Positions 27,691 to 36,943 of a DNA stretch of 64,000 bases are shown here, one piece after another (the first letter of the stretch is position 1; each line of letters opens with the position of its first letter). Origin of the DNA: Alphaproteobacteria bacterium (GTDB lineage: Bacteria > Pseudomonadota > Alphaproteobacteria > Caulobacterales > Aquidulcibacteraceae); the NCBI GenBank assembly GCA_034440275.1, contig JAWXBS010000136.1, forward strand, positions 8,152 through 72,151, read 5' to 3'. The position numbers and the translations under genes were made by a program. The notes under the pieces are model-generated. The model did no database searches. It was given only the letters and a program-made list of their open reading frames with translations, and had not been told where the DNA came from.

Positions 27691-29760
27691 TCAGCGCCCC
27701 GCCGGCGGCGCGGCTGCCGGACTGACCGACGGCGCAGCGCGTGCGAGATCGAGCATGCCGCGGCCGCACTGGCGCATGCACTTGCCCGCCTGCCCGGCGA
27801 TGGGCGTGGCGTTGGCGTTGCGGGCGCAATCGATGGAACACTGCGCGTTGGCGTCGATAGGCCCGAGCGCGCGGGTCAGCAACAGCGCCTCCAGCTCCTG
27901 GCCGCGCACATTGTATTGCGACTGCAAGAGCGCCAGCGCCGCCGCCACGTGGGGCGCCGCCATCGAGGTGCCTTGCAGGAAGCCGTAGTGGCAGGTCTGC
28001 GCGGGCTGGCGGGTTTCGGGATCGTAGCAGTCCTTCGTGGTCGTGCGCGTCGACAGCACGCCGTCCGGGCGGCCGTCGCCGTCGGAGTCCGCGAACACGT
28101 CCCCGCCCGGCGCGAGCACGTCCACGCCGGGACCGAAGTTCGAATAGAAGGCGATGTTGCCGCGCGCATCGTTCGCCGCAACCACGAGCACGTTGTTGCA
28201 GTTCGCCGGCGCGTAGTTCGCCACCGCGTTCGACTTGTTGCCCGCCGCGACCACGATCACCGCGCCGCGCGCCACGGCCGCATCGATGGCCGACTGCATG
28301 GAAGCGGGACACGGAATCATCACCGACAAGCTCATGTTGATGATGTCGGCGGGATTGGCGTTGACGATTTGCTCGCCGGTTTCCGTCGCCGCCGGGGCGA
28401 TGCCCGCGGCCCAGCGGATCGCGTTGACGATGTCCTCGAGTTCGCCGCCGCAGCGTCCGATCGCGCGGATCGGCACCACGGTGACGTTCCACGCGCCGCC
28501 CGCGACGCCGCGCTTGTCATTCGTCACCGCCGCGCCGACCGTGCCGGCCACGTGCGTGCCGTGATAGGAGTTTTCCTTGCCCGCCCCGCACGCATCGCCG
28601 ACGTCATTGGCGTCACGGTCGATGCCGTTGCCGTCACCGGCGCGATCATAATCGACGATGAGATCGATGCCCGGCGCGATATTGGCGTTGTTGCGCATGT
28701 CCGGGTGCGCGAGTTCGACGCCGGTATCGATCACCGCCACGCGCACCGCGCGGCGTCCCACTTGGCGCGCATTGGTCCAGAAGGTCTCGAAACCCGCGCC
28801 GCCCGGCGATTGTCCGGCGCCCGTACCGCGCGGACGCATGTCCCACTGGAACGTGAAGAGCGGATCGTTCGGCAGCGCGCCCGTCGCGACGATCTCGGCG
28901 TTCGGATTGACCGGCGGCTTCGGCGCCGTCGTGCCGGGCGTCGTGGAGGTCGGCGTGGTCGTGCCGTCCTTTTTCTTTGAAAAGAACGGCAGGCGATCGA
29001 ATTCCACGTTGATGACGTAGTTCTTCTCGACGAACTCGAACTGGCGCGACGCCTGCAGGCGCTCAAGCGCGCAGATGGTCTTCACCGTGAGATCGGCATC
29101 GAGTTGCGCGGTCGTCACGTTGCGCGGGCAGCGCGCGCCGGTTTCGGCGACCGCGTTCGGTTCGGAGACGACGCCCGCATCGGGCGCCTCGGCGCCGGGG
29201 GGCGTAGTCGCTGCGGCTTCGGCGCCGGCGACTTGTGCGAAGCGGGAAAGACCAGTCGGGCTCGCGGTGTTGGTGGGCGTCAGGTCGATCTTCACCATGC
29301 CCGACGGGTTCACCTGGATTTCCCCGTCGACCTTGAGGCGATCCAGCACCGTACGCGCATCGCGCGTGGCTTCCTCCACCGCATTCTCCACGGCCTTGGC
29401 TTCCAGCCGCTGGTCGAGCATCTGCGGCGAACCATCGGGCGCCAGACGCGACATCATCCGCATGCCGAGTTCGTTGGCCGCTGTGGCGAGTTCGTCGTCG
29501 ACCTTCGCGCCGATCAGGATCTCGCCCGGCACGAACATCACCGGCTGCGGCGCCGTCACGAGCGCCATCGCCGCTTCCGGCATCAGCGCGGCGCCGCCGA
29601 AGGAGCGCGCATCGGGTTCCACCGACGACAGCGCCACCGGTCCCGCAACTTCCGGCGCGCCCACCTTCTCCAGCACACGACCGATCTGGTCGCAGGCCAT
29701 GAGCGCGATGATCGGCGCGAGAGCGAGAGCGAAGCGCGCAGCGCGAAATTTCCCGGACAT
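27691..29760 (-). CDS. Subtilisin-like serine protease (peptidase S8) lipoprotein
   Basis: 689 aa counted from MSGKFRAARFALALAPIIALMAC (lipobox). The catalytic triad contexts are VAVIDTGV (Asp), HGTHVAGTVGA (His) and GTSMAAPHVAAA (Ser). The 1039-aa track ORF adds an artefactual 350-aa extension across the palindrome axis. Confidence 0.9.
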   Translation of the reverse strand: MSGKFRAARFALALAPIIALMACDQIGRVLEKVGAPEVAGPVALSSVEPDARSFGGAALMPEAAMALVTAPQPVMFVPGEILIGAKVDDELATAANELGMRMMSRLAPDGSPQMLDQRLEAKAVENAVEEATRDARTVLDRLKVDGEIQVNPSGMVKIDLTPTNTASPTGLSRFAQVAGAEAAATTPPGAEAPDAGVVSEPNAVAETGARCPRNVTTAQLDADLTVKTICALERLQASRQFEFVEKNYVINVEFDRLPFFSKKKDGTTTPTSTTPGTTAPKPPVNPNAEIVATGALPNDPLFTFQWDMRPRGTGAGQSPGGAGFETFWTNARQVGRRAVRVAVIDTGVELAHPDMRNNANIAPGIDLIVDYDRAGDGNGIDRDANDVGDACGAGKENSYHGTHVAGTVGAAVTNDKRGVAGGAWNVTVVPIRAIGRCGGELEDIVNAIRWAAGIAPAATETGEQIVNANPADIINMSLSVMIPCPASMQSAIDAAVARGAVIVVAAGNKSNAVANYAPANCNNVLVVAANDARGNIAFYSNFGPGVDVLAPGGDVFADSDGDGRPDGVLSTRTTTKDCYDPETRQPAQTCHYGFLQGTSMAAPHVAAALALLQSQYNVRGQELEALLLTRALGPIDANAQCSIDCARNANATPIAGQAGKCMRQCGRGMLDLARAAPSVSPAAAPPAGR

Positions 29761-29928
29761 GATCGCTCCCAGACAGGTGGACGGGATAGAAATGGACGGC
29801 CTGTCTTTACCCCTGACGGCCTGCATGACAAGCCAACATCCACTTGAGCCGGATTTGTGACGGTCCGCGGACGCCTTTCCGGCATGACGGCTACGGTTCC
29901 GCGAAGTTTTTGCTGTAGTGTCAGGGAC

Positions 29929-30333
29929 ATGACCGCCTACCCCATCGCTCCGACCGCCGCAGCGGCGCTCGCCGAAGGCGCGCCCATCGCGCGGACGGCG
30001 GTCGCTGCGGCCGAGAAATCGGGCGGGCTGGTGTTCCTGGCGTCGGAGGAACTTCCGGGCGCGTTTGCGGGCATCGCGGACGCCGAAGCTGCGGTTCCCG
30101 GCCTTTACGGCGACGGGCGATTCGAACTGATCTGGCGAGATGACGCCTGGCGCGTGGTCATCCGCTACTGGCGCCCTGCCCCGCCCGCGCCGGTCGCGCG
30201 CAATATCGCCGCCGCCGCACGCCGGCCCATCGGCGTGGCGCGCACGCCCGAAGACGCCCAGCGCATTCTCGACGCTCCCGCCGAACTCGTCGCCGAGCCG
30301 CTGCCCAAGCTCTATCGCAACGTGGTGCGCGCG
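29929..30333 (+). CDS. Hypothetical protein, 3'-truncated at codon 135 by the palindrome axis
   Basis: ATG at 29929 (MTAYPIAPTAAAALAEG...FELIWRDDAWRVVIRYWRP...LPKLYRNVVRAR). Third-position G/C bias is strong. There is no stop codon before the axis. Confidence 0.6.
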
Positions 30334-30340
30334 CGCGCGC
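30327..30340. repeat. (GC)7 self-complementary tract centred exactly on the symmetry axis 30333|30334
   Basis: Read directly: gtg gcgcgcgcgcgcgc acc, with 7 nt on each side of the axis. Confidence 0.95.
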
Positions 30341-30738
30341 ACCACGTTGCGATAGAGCTTGGGCAGCGGCTCGGCGACGAGTTCGGCGGGAGCGTCGAGA
30401 ATGCGCTGGGCGTCTTCGGGCGTGCGCGCCACGCCGATGGGCCGGCGTGCGGCGGCGGCGATATTGCGCGCGACCGGCGCGGGCGGGGCAGGGCGCCAGT
30501 AGCGGATGACCACGCGCCAGGCGTCATCTCGCCAGATCAGTTCGAATCGCCCGTCGCCGTAAAGGCCGGGAACCGCAGCTTCGGCGTCCGCGATGCCCGC
30601 AAACGCGCCCGGAAGTTCCTCCGACGCCAGGAACACCAGCCCGCCCGATTTCTCGGCCGCAGCGACCGCCGTCCGCGCGATGGGCGCGCCTTCGGCGAGC
30701 GCCGCTGCGGCGGTCGGAGCGATGGGGTAGGCGGTCAT
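30334..30738 (-). CDS. Mirror copy of the axis-truncated hypothetical CDS
   Basis: Exact mirror of 29929..30333. Confidence 0.6.
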
Positions 30739-30906
30739 GTCCCTGACACTACAGCAAAAACTTCGCGGAACCGTAGCCGTCATGCCGGAAAGGCGTCCGC
30801 GGACCGTCACAAATCCGGCTCAAGTGGATGTTGGCTTGTCATGCAGGCCGTCAGGGGTAAAGACAGGCCGTCCATTTCTATCCCGTCCACCTGTCTGGGA
30901 GCGATC

Positions 30907-32976
30907 ATGTCCGGGAAATTTCGCGCTGCGCGCTTCGCTCTCGCTCTCGCGCCGATCATCGCGCTCATGGCCTGCGACCAGATCGGTCGTGTGCTGGAGA
31001 AGGTGGGCGCGCCGGAAGTTGCGGGACCGGTGGCGCTGTCGTCGGTGGAACCCGATGCGCGCTCCTTCGGCGGCGCCGCGCTGATGCCGGAAGCGGCGAT
31101 GGCGCTCGTGACGGCGCCGCAGCCGGTGATGTTCGTGCCGGGCGAGATCCTGATCGGCGCGAAGGTCGACGACGAACTCGCCACAGCGGCCAACGAACTC
31201 GGCATGCGGATGATGTCGCGTCTGGCGCCCGATGGTTCGCCGCAGATGCTCGACCAGCGGCTGGAAGCCAAGGCCGTGGAGAATGCGGTGGAGGAAGCCA
31301 CGCGCGATGCGCGTACGGTGCTGGATCGCCTCAAGGTCGACGGGGAAATCCAGGTGAACCCGTCGGGCATGGTGAAGATCGACCTGACGCCCACCAACAC
31401 CGCGAGCCCGACTGGTCTTTCCCGCTTCGCACAAGTCGCCGGCGCCGAAGCCGCAGCGACTACGCCCCCCGGCGCCGAGGCGCCCGATGCGGGCGTCGTC
31501 TCCGAACCGAACGCGGTCGCCGAAACCGGCGCGCGCTGCCCGCGCAACGTGACGACCGCGCAACTCGATGCCGATCTCACGGTGAAGACCATCTGCGCGC
31601 TTGAGCGCCTGCAGGCGTCGCGCCAGTTCGAGTTCGTCGAGAAGAACTACGTCATCAACGTGGAATTCGATCGCCTGCCGTTCTTTTCAAAGAAAAAGGA
31701 CGGCACGACCACGCCGACCTCCACGACGCCCGGCACGACGGCGCCGAAGCCGCCGGTCAATCCGAACGCCGAGATCGTCGCGACGGGCGCGCTGCCGAAC
31801 GATCCGCTCTTCACGTTCCAGTGGGACATGCGTCCGCGCGGTACGGGCGCCGGACAATCGCCGGGCGGCGCGGGTTTCGAGACCTTCTGGACCAATGCGC
31901 GCCAAGTGGGACGCCGCGCGGTGCGCGTGGCGGTGATCGATACCGGCGTCGAACTCGCGCACCCGGACATGCGCAACAACGCCAATATCGCGCCGGGCAT
32001 CGATCTCATCGTCGATTATGATCGCGCCGGTGACGGCAACGGCATCGACCGTGACGCCAATGACGTCGGCGATGCGTGCGGGGCGGGCAAGGAAAACTCC
32101 TATCACGGCACGCACGTGGCCGGCACGGTCGGCGCGGCGGTGACGAATGACAAGCGCGGCGTCGCGGGCGGCGCGTGGAACGTCACCGTGGTGCCGATCC
32201 GCGCGATCGGACGCTGCGGCGGCGAACTCGAGGACATCGTCAACGCGATCCGCTGGGCCGCGGGCATCGCCCCGGCGGCGACGGAAACCGGCGAGCAAAT
32301 CGTCAACGCCAATCCCGCCGACATCATCAACATGAGCTTGTCGGTGATGATTCCGTGTCCCGCTTCCATGCAGTCGGCCATCGATGCGGCCGTGGCGCGC
32401 GGCGCGGTGATCGTGGTCGCGGCGGGCAACAAGTCGAACGCGGTGGCGAACTACGCGCCGGCGAACTGCAACAACGTGCTCGTGGTTGCGGCGAACGATG
32501 CGCGCGGCAACATCGCCTTCTATTCGAACTTCGGTCCCGGCGTGGACGTGCTCGCGCCGGGCGGGGACGTGTTCGCGGACTCCGACGGCGACGGCCGCCC
32601 GGACGGCGTGCTGTCGACGCGCACGACCACGAAGGACTGCTACGATCCCGAAACCCGCCAGCCCGCGCAGACCTGCCACTACGGCTTCCTGCAAGGCACC
32701 TCGATGGCGGCGCCCCACGTGGCGGCGGCGCTGGCGCTCTTGCAGTCGCAATACAATGTGCGCGGCCAGGAGCTGGAGGCGCTGTTGCTGACCCGCGCGC
32801 TCGGGCCTATCGACGCCAACGCGCAGTGTTCCATCGATTGCGCCCGCAACGCCAACGCCACGCCCATCGCCGGGCAGGCGGGCAAGTGCATGCGCCAGTG
32901 CGGCCGCGGCATGCTCGATCTCGCACGCGCTGCGCCGTCGGTCAGTCCGGCAGCCGCGCCGCCGGCGGGGCGCTGA
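30907..32976 (+). CDS. Subtilisin-like serine protease (peptidase S8) lipoprotein, mirror copy
   Basis: Exact mirror of 27691..29760. The ATG at 30907 was read directly (atgtccgggaaatttcgc). Confidence 0.9.
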   Translation: MSGKFRAARFALALAPIIALMACDQIGRVLEKVGAPEVAGPVALSSVEPDARSFGGAALMPEAAMALVTAPQPVMFVPGEILIGAKVDDELATAANELGMRMMSRLAPDGSPQMLDQRLEAKAVENAVEEATRDARTVLDRLKVDGEIQVNPSGMVKIDLTPTNTASPTGLSRFAQVAGAEAAATTPPGAEAPDAGVVSEPNAVAETGARCPRNVTTAQLDADLTVKTICALERLQASRQFEFVEKNYVINVEFDRLPFFSKKKDGTTTPTSTTPGTTAPKPPVNPNAEIVATGALPNDPLFTFQWDMRPRGTGAGQSPGGAGFETFWTNARQVGRRAVRVAVIDTGVELAHPDMRNNANIAPGIDLIVDYDRAGDGNGIDRDANDVGDACGAGKENSYHGTHVAGTVGAAVTNDKRGVAGGAWNVTVVPIRAIGRCGGELEDIVNAIRWAAGIAPAATETGEQIVNANPADIINMSLSVMIPCPASMQSAIDAAVARGAVIVVAAGNKSNAVANYAPANCNNVLVVAANDARGNIAFYSNFGPGVDVLAPGGDVFADSDGDGRPDGVLSTRTTTKDCYDPETRQPAQTCHYGFLQGTSMAAPHVAAALALLQSQYNVRGQELEALLLTRALGPIDANAQCSIDCARNANATPIAGQAGKCMRQCGRGMLDLARAAPSVSPAAAPPAGR

Positions 32977-33063
32977 TCGCGTTGCGCGCGGGCGCACTGG
33001 ACGTGCGGACGATGAACGGTCACGCTCGCACCTTCGGTCGCGGGCGATCAGGAGCGCGCCGTC

Positions 33064-33648
33064 ATGGATGACAATCAGGTGCGGACACTGGGAATTGCCG
33101 GGGGGGGCACCGCGCTTCTCGTCGCGTTGGCGCTCGCCTTCGCCGGGGACGACAACGCGCCGGCCCCGACGGAGCCAGCGGCCGATCCGCCGGTCGCCAC
33201 GAGCACGGTGACCACTACGCCCTCCGTCAGCGCAACCGCATCGATCCCCTCCGTGGAGGCAGCCTCTGCAGAAGGCCCGCCGCCCATGGCCGTGGTGAAG
33301 CCTGCGCCCCCGAAGGCGAGTGAGGTTCCGCAGAATCCCAATCTCGAATTCCTCGTGCGCTTCGACGATCGCCATCCCATGCACCGTGCGCATCAGCTCT
33401 GGCAGCAGGGCCGGCAGGCGGAAGCGGAGGCGTTCGTGCGCACGACGCTGCGTCAGCGCAGCGAATTCGCGGGCCTCTGCTTCTCGCGCTTCACGCTCGG
33501 CGGATCGGAGATCGTGTTCGCACACTGCAGGCGGGTTTCACGCGCGCAGGTACAGCGCACCTCGGACCGATGGATCCGCAAGATCCGTGCGATGCGCGGC
33601 GTGCAATACGCCGACGCCAACGTCATCGCCGACGTCGACGCGCGGTAA
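33064..33648 (+). CDS. Hypothetical membrane-anchored 194-aa protein, mirror copy
   Basis: Exact mirror of 27019..27603, with identical translation in the track. Confidence 0.5.
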   Translation: MDDNQVRTLGIAGGGTALLVALALAFAGDDNAPAPTEPAADPPVATSTVTTTPSVSATASIPSVEAASAEGPPPMAVVKPAPPKASEVPQNPNLEFLVRFDDRHPMHRAHQLWQQGRQAEAEAFVRTTLRQRSEFAGLCFSRFTLGGSEIVFAHCRRVSRAQVQRTSDRWIRKIRAMRGVQYADANVIADVDAR

Positions 33649-33655
33649 GCGCTTC

Positions 33656-34597
33656 ATGTCCCAGGACCATTCGGAGGCGAGCCCGCTTTACGCGACGCGC
33701 GATGCGATGCACGAAGGCGCGCTTTCGGACGAAGGATACGGCATGGCGCGCGAGCATACGGTGCGATCGGCGGATGGTTTGGGCCTGTTCGTGCGCGATT
33801 ACGCGCCGCTGCAGCCGGATCTCGGATTGCCGGTGCTGTGCCTGCACGGATTGACGCGCAACTCATCGGATTTCGAAGTGGTTGCGCCGCGCATCGCCGA
33901 GCTTGGCCGTCGCGTGATCGCCATGGACGTGCGCGGTCGCGGCCGTTCCGACTGGGACGCGACGCCCGCGCGCTACACGCCGCTGACCTACGCGCAGGAT
34001 GCGGTGAAGGTGCTTGATCAGCTCGGCGTTGACCGCGCCGTGTGGCTCGGCACTTCGATGGGCGGGCTCATCACGATGATCGCGGCGGCGACGACGCCTG
34101 ACCGCGTGGAGGCCGCGATCCTCAACGACATCGGGCCCGTGATCGATCCGCGCGGCATCGCGCGCATCCTCGCCTATGTCGGCAAGAGCGAACCGCGCAC
34201 GACCTGGGAAGACGCCGCCGCCGCCGTCGCCAACCTGCAAGGCCAGGCGTTTCCGGGCGCCGATGCGGATTTCTGGATGACCTTTGCGAAGCGTACCTTC
34301 CGCAAGCGCGCCGACGGCCGTCTCGAACTCGACTACGATCCCGCGATCTCACAACCCGTCGCGCCGGGTGCCCCGACACCGGACATGCGTCCCGTGTTCA
34401 AGGCGCTGGAGCCGATCCCTACGCTCGTCGTGCGCGGCGCGTTGAGCGACATTCTCTCCCGCGACGGCGTGCGCGAGATGTTGGCGATCAAGGACGATCT
34501 GGAAGTCGCTGAAGTCCCCAATGTCGGCCACGCGCCGACGCTGGAAGAGCCCAGCGCATGGCTGCCGATCGTGGATTTCCTGGCACGGGTGAACTGA
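33656..34597 (+). CDS. Alpha/beta-fold hydrolase, mirror copy
   Basis: Exact mirror of 26070..27011. Confidence 0.8.
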   Translation: MSQDHSEASPLYATRDAMHEGALSDEGYGMAREHTVRSADGLGLFVRDYAPLQPDLGLPVLCLHGLTRNSSDFEVVAPRIAELGRRVIAMDVRGRGRSDWDATPARYTPLTYAQDAVKVLDQLGVDRAVWLGTSMGGLITMIAAATTPDRVEAAILNDIGPVIDPRGIARILAYVGKSEPRTTWEDAAAAVANLQGQAFPGADADFWMTFAKRTFRKRADGRLELDYDPAISQPVAPGAPTPDMRPVFKALEPIPTLVVRGALSDILSRDGVREMLAIKDDLEVAEVPNVGHAPTLEEPSAWLPIVDFLARVN

Positions 34598-34624
34598 ACG
34601 AAAGTGTCGGCGGGTTCGAGGGCG

Positions 34625-35761
34625 CTACAGACTCATCGCAAACAGCTTCTCATACTCCGCCGGGCCCACCTTGATCGCATTGCTCGCCGTTGCGAGATCG
34701 CTCACCGCGTAGTCGAGGCTCGGCGCGAGGTGTTCGTCCTTCACGCCGATGGCGGAGAGCGAGCCGGGGATGCCGATCTTGCGGTTGAGGTCGGCGATGG
34801 CGTCGGCGACGTCGCCATTGGGGCCGAGGCCCATCACCTGACGCAGACGCACGAACTTCTCCTTCATCGCACCCGCTTCCTGGATCTGGCGCAGCGAGTG
34901 GGGGAGGATCACGGCGTTGAGCGTGCCGTGGTGCAGGCGCAGATCCTTGATGCGGCCGAGCGCGTGCGAGAGCCCGTGCACCGCGCCGAGGCCCTTCACG
35001 AACGCCAGAGCGCCTTCATAGCTCGACATCATCACGTTCCAGCGCGCGTCGCGGTCTGAGCCGTCTTCGACCGCGCGTTCGAGCATGTCCTGACCGATGC
35101 CGCGCCACACGCCGTCATAGCCGATGGCTTCGGCGGGCGGATTGTTCACCGGCGAGAGGATCGCCTCGATGCAGTGCGTCATCGCATCCATGCCGGTGGC
35201 GGCGGTGAGCGCGGGCGGAAGACCGAGCGTGAGTTCGGGATCGCAGATCGCGACGCTCGGAATGAGCTTCGGGCTGACGAAGGTTTCCTTGCGTCCGTTG
35301 TCGAGAATGAGCACGAAGCCGACCGAGACTTCCGAGCCCGTGCCCGCCGTCGTCGGAATGGCGATCACCGGCGGGATCGCGCCGATGAGCTTCGTGCCGC
35401 GCTGCGTGCCGCCGTACTTTTCCCAAGGGCCCTCGTGCGTGACCATCAGGCCGACGGCCTTGCCCATGTCCATGGACGAGCCGCCGCCGAGCGCCACGAT
35501 TCCGTCCGCGCCGGCGGCCTTGTACTGCGCCGCCGCATCGCGAGCGGCGGTTTCGGTGGGGTTGGAGGGCGTGTCCGCGTAGATGCCGGCGGGCTCCATG
35601 CCCAGCGCCTCGACCGCGCGATCAAGAAGCCCCGCCGCCTTGATCCCCGCATCGGTGACGATGAACGGCCGCGTGACCTTCTGCGCCTTCAGCGCCGGCC
35701 CGAGCTGCTTCAGCGCCCCGAAATCGAAATGGCAGGTGGTGAGGAAGGTCATGACGGGCAT
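34625..35761 (-). CDS. Iron-containing alcohol dehydrogenase, mirror copy
   Basis: Exact mirror of 24906..26042. Confidence 0.85.
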   Translation of the reverse strand: MPVMTFLTTCHFDFGALKQLGPALKAQKVTRPFIVTDAGIKAAGLLDRAVEALGMEPAGIYADTPSNPTETAARDAAAQYKAAGADGIVALGGGSSMDMGKAVGLMVTHEGPWEKYGGTQRGTKLIGAIPPVIAIPTTAGTGSEVSVGFVLILDNGRKETFVSPKLIPSVAICDPELTLGLPPALTAATGMDAMTHCIEAILSPVNNPPAEAIGYDGVWRGIGQDMLERAVEDGSDRDARWNVMMSSYEGALAFVKGLGAVHGLSHALGRIKDLRLHHGTLNAVILPHSLRQIQEAGAMKEKFVRLRQVMGLGPNGDVADAIADLNRKIGIPGSLSAIGVKDEHLAPSLDYAVSDLATASNAIKVGPAEYEKLFAMSL

Positions 35762-35892
35762 GGACGGGCGCTCCTGAGATCGGCCCTGTCCTAGACGGTC
35801 TCCCCCGGTGAGAGAAGCGGCCTCCGCGTCGCGGGATTGCCGTTGACGCACCACAGCATCGCGGCGAAACCGGGCGCAACAGGAGTTCGCCC

Positions 35893-36942
35893 ATGAAGCC
35901 GCCGCGCCAGTTCTTCGCCCCGCTCGCCGCCGGTGCGCCGCAGCCGTTCCGCGACCTGCCGGTGAAGCTCGAGCGGATGATTCACTTCATCCCGGCACAC
36001 AACCCCAAGATGCGCGCAAAAGCCAAGGACATGCTCGCCGAGTGCGACGTGTTGCTTGCCAATCTTGAGGACGCGATTCCGGCCGATGAGAAAGTCAACG
36101 CGCGCCACGGTCTCATCGAGATGGCGCGGACGGTGGACTTCGCCGGCGCGGGCGTTGGCTACTGGACGCGGATCAATTGTCTCAACTCACCCTGGCATCT
36201 GGAAGAGGTGAGCGAGATCGTCGCCGAGGCGGGCGACAAGATCGACGTCATGATCATTCCGAAAGTGGAGGGCGCCTGGGACATCTTCTACATGGACCAG
36301 CTTCTCGCAACGCTGGAAGCGAGGCACAAGGTCAAGCGGCCGATCCTGTTGCATGCGCTGCTGGAAACCGCGCAAGGCGTGGTCAACGTGGAATCGATTT
36401 GCGGCGCTAGTCCGCGCATGCAGGGCATCTCCCTTGGTCCAGCCGATCTCGCTGCGTCGCGAGCCATGAAGACAACCCGCGTCGGCGGCGGTCATCCGGG
36501 CTACCGCGTCATCGAGGACCCCCGCGAGGATGGCGGCGCCCGCGCATCCGCACAGCAGGACCTCTGGCACTATACGTTCGCGCGCATGGTGGACGCGTGT
36601 GTGACGCACGGCATCAAGCCCTTCTACGGCCCGTTCGGTGCGTTCGATGATCCCGAAGCCTGCGAGCAGCAGTTCCGCAACGCATATCTCATGGGCTGCG
36701 CCGGCGCCTGGACACTGCATCCCTCACAGATCGCCATTGCCAAGAGAGTATTCAGCCCAGACGTGGACGAAGTGCTGTTCGCGAAGAAGATACTTGCCGC
36801 CATGCCCGACGGATCGGGTGTCGCGATGGTCGACGGCAAGATGCAGGACGACGCGACCTGGAAGCAGGCCAAGGTCATCGTCGATCTCGCGCGCCAGGTG
36901 GCGGCGAAGGACAAGGACATGGCGACGGTTTATGGCTTCTGA
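35893..36942 (+). CDS. mcl: L-malyl-CoA/beta-methylmalyl-CoA lyase, mirror copy
   Basis: Exact mirror of 23725..24774. Confidence 0.85.
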   Translation: MKPPRQFFAPLAAGAPQPFRDLPVKLERMIHFIPAHNPKMRAKAKDMLAECDVLLANLEDAIPADEKVNARHGLIEMARTVDFAGAGVGYWTRINCLNSPWHLEEVSEIVAEAGDKIDVMIIPKVEGAWDIFYMDQLLATLEARHKVKRPILLHALLETAQGVVNVESICGASPRMQGISLGPADLAASRAMKTTRVGGGHPGYRVIEDPREDGGARASAQQDLWHYTFARMVDACVTHGIKPFYGPFGAFDDPEACEQQFRNAYLMGCAGAWTLHPSQIAIAKRVFSPDVDEVLFAKKILAAMPDGSGVAMVDGKMQDDATWKQAKVIVDLARQVAAKDKDMATVYGF

Positions 36943-36943
36943 C

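Noticed and set aside
30300-30367. Covalently closed hairpin telomere, or a replicated telomere junction (telomere-resolvase target) read through by the sequencer. Known resolvase sites are palindromes, some with a central CG-alternating core.
   Set aside because: The axis lies inside an apparently genuine coding sequence with normal codon bias. The flanks carry no AT-rich or conserved resolvase-site-like arms, only ordinary gene sequence. The window has no telomere resolvase (TelA/ResT/TelN-like) gene. I cannot fully exclude it without knowing the replicon topology.
27691-32976. Two identical 1039-aa ORFs (27691..30810- and 29857..32976+) that look like very large proteins spanning the centre
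   Set aside because: Their first 350 aa are read-through. They cover a truncated unrelated CDS, the antisense of its mirror copy and the protease promoter region. The real protease starts at the lipoprotein signal MSGKFRAARF... (ATG at 30907 / 29760). The ORFs stay open only because of high GC and the fold-back.
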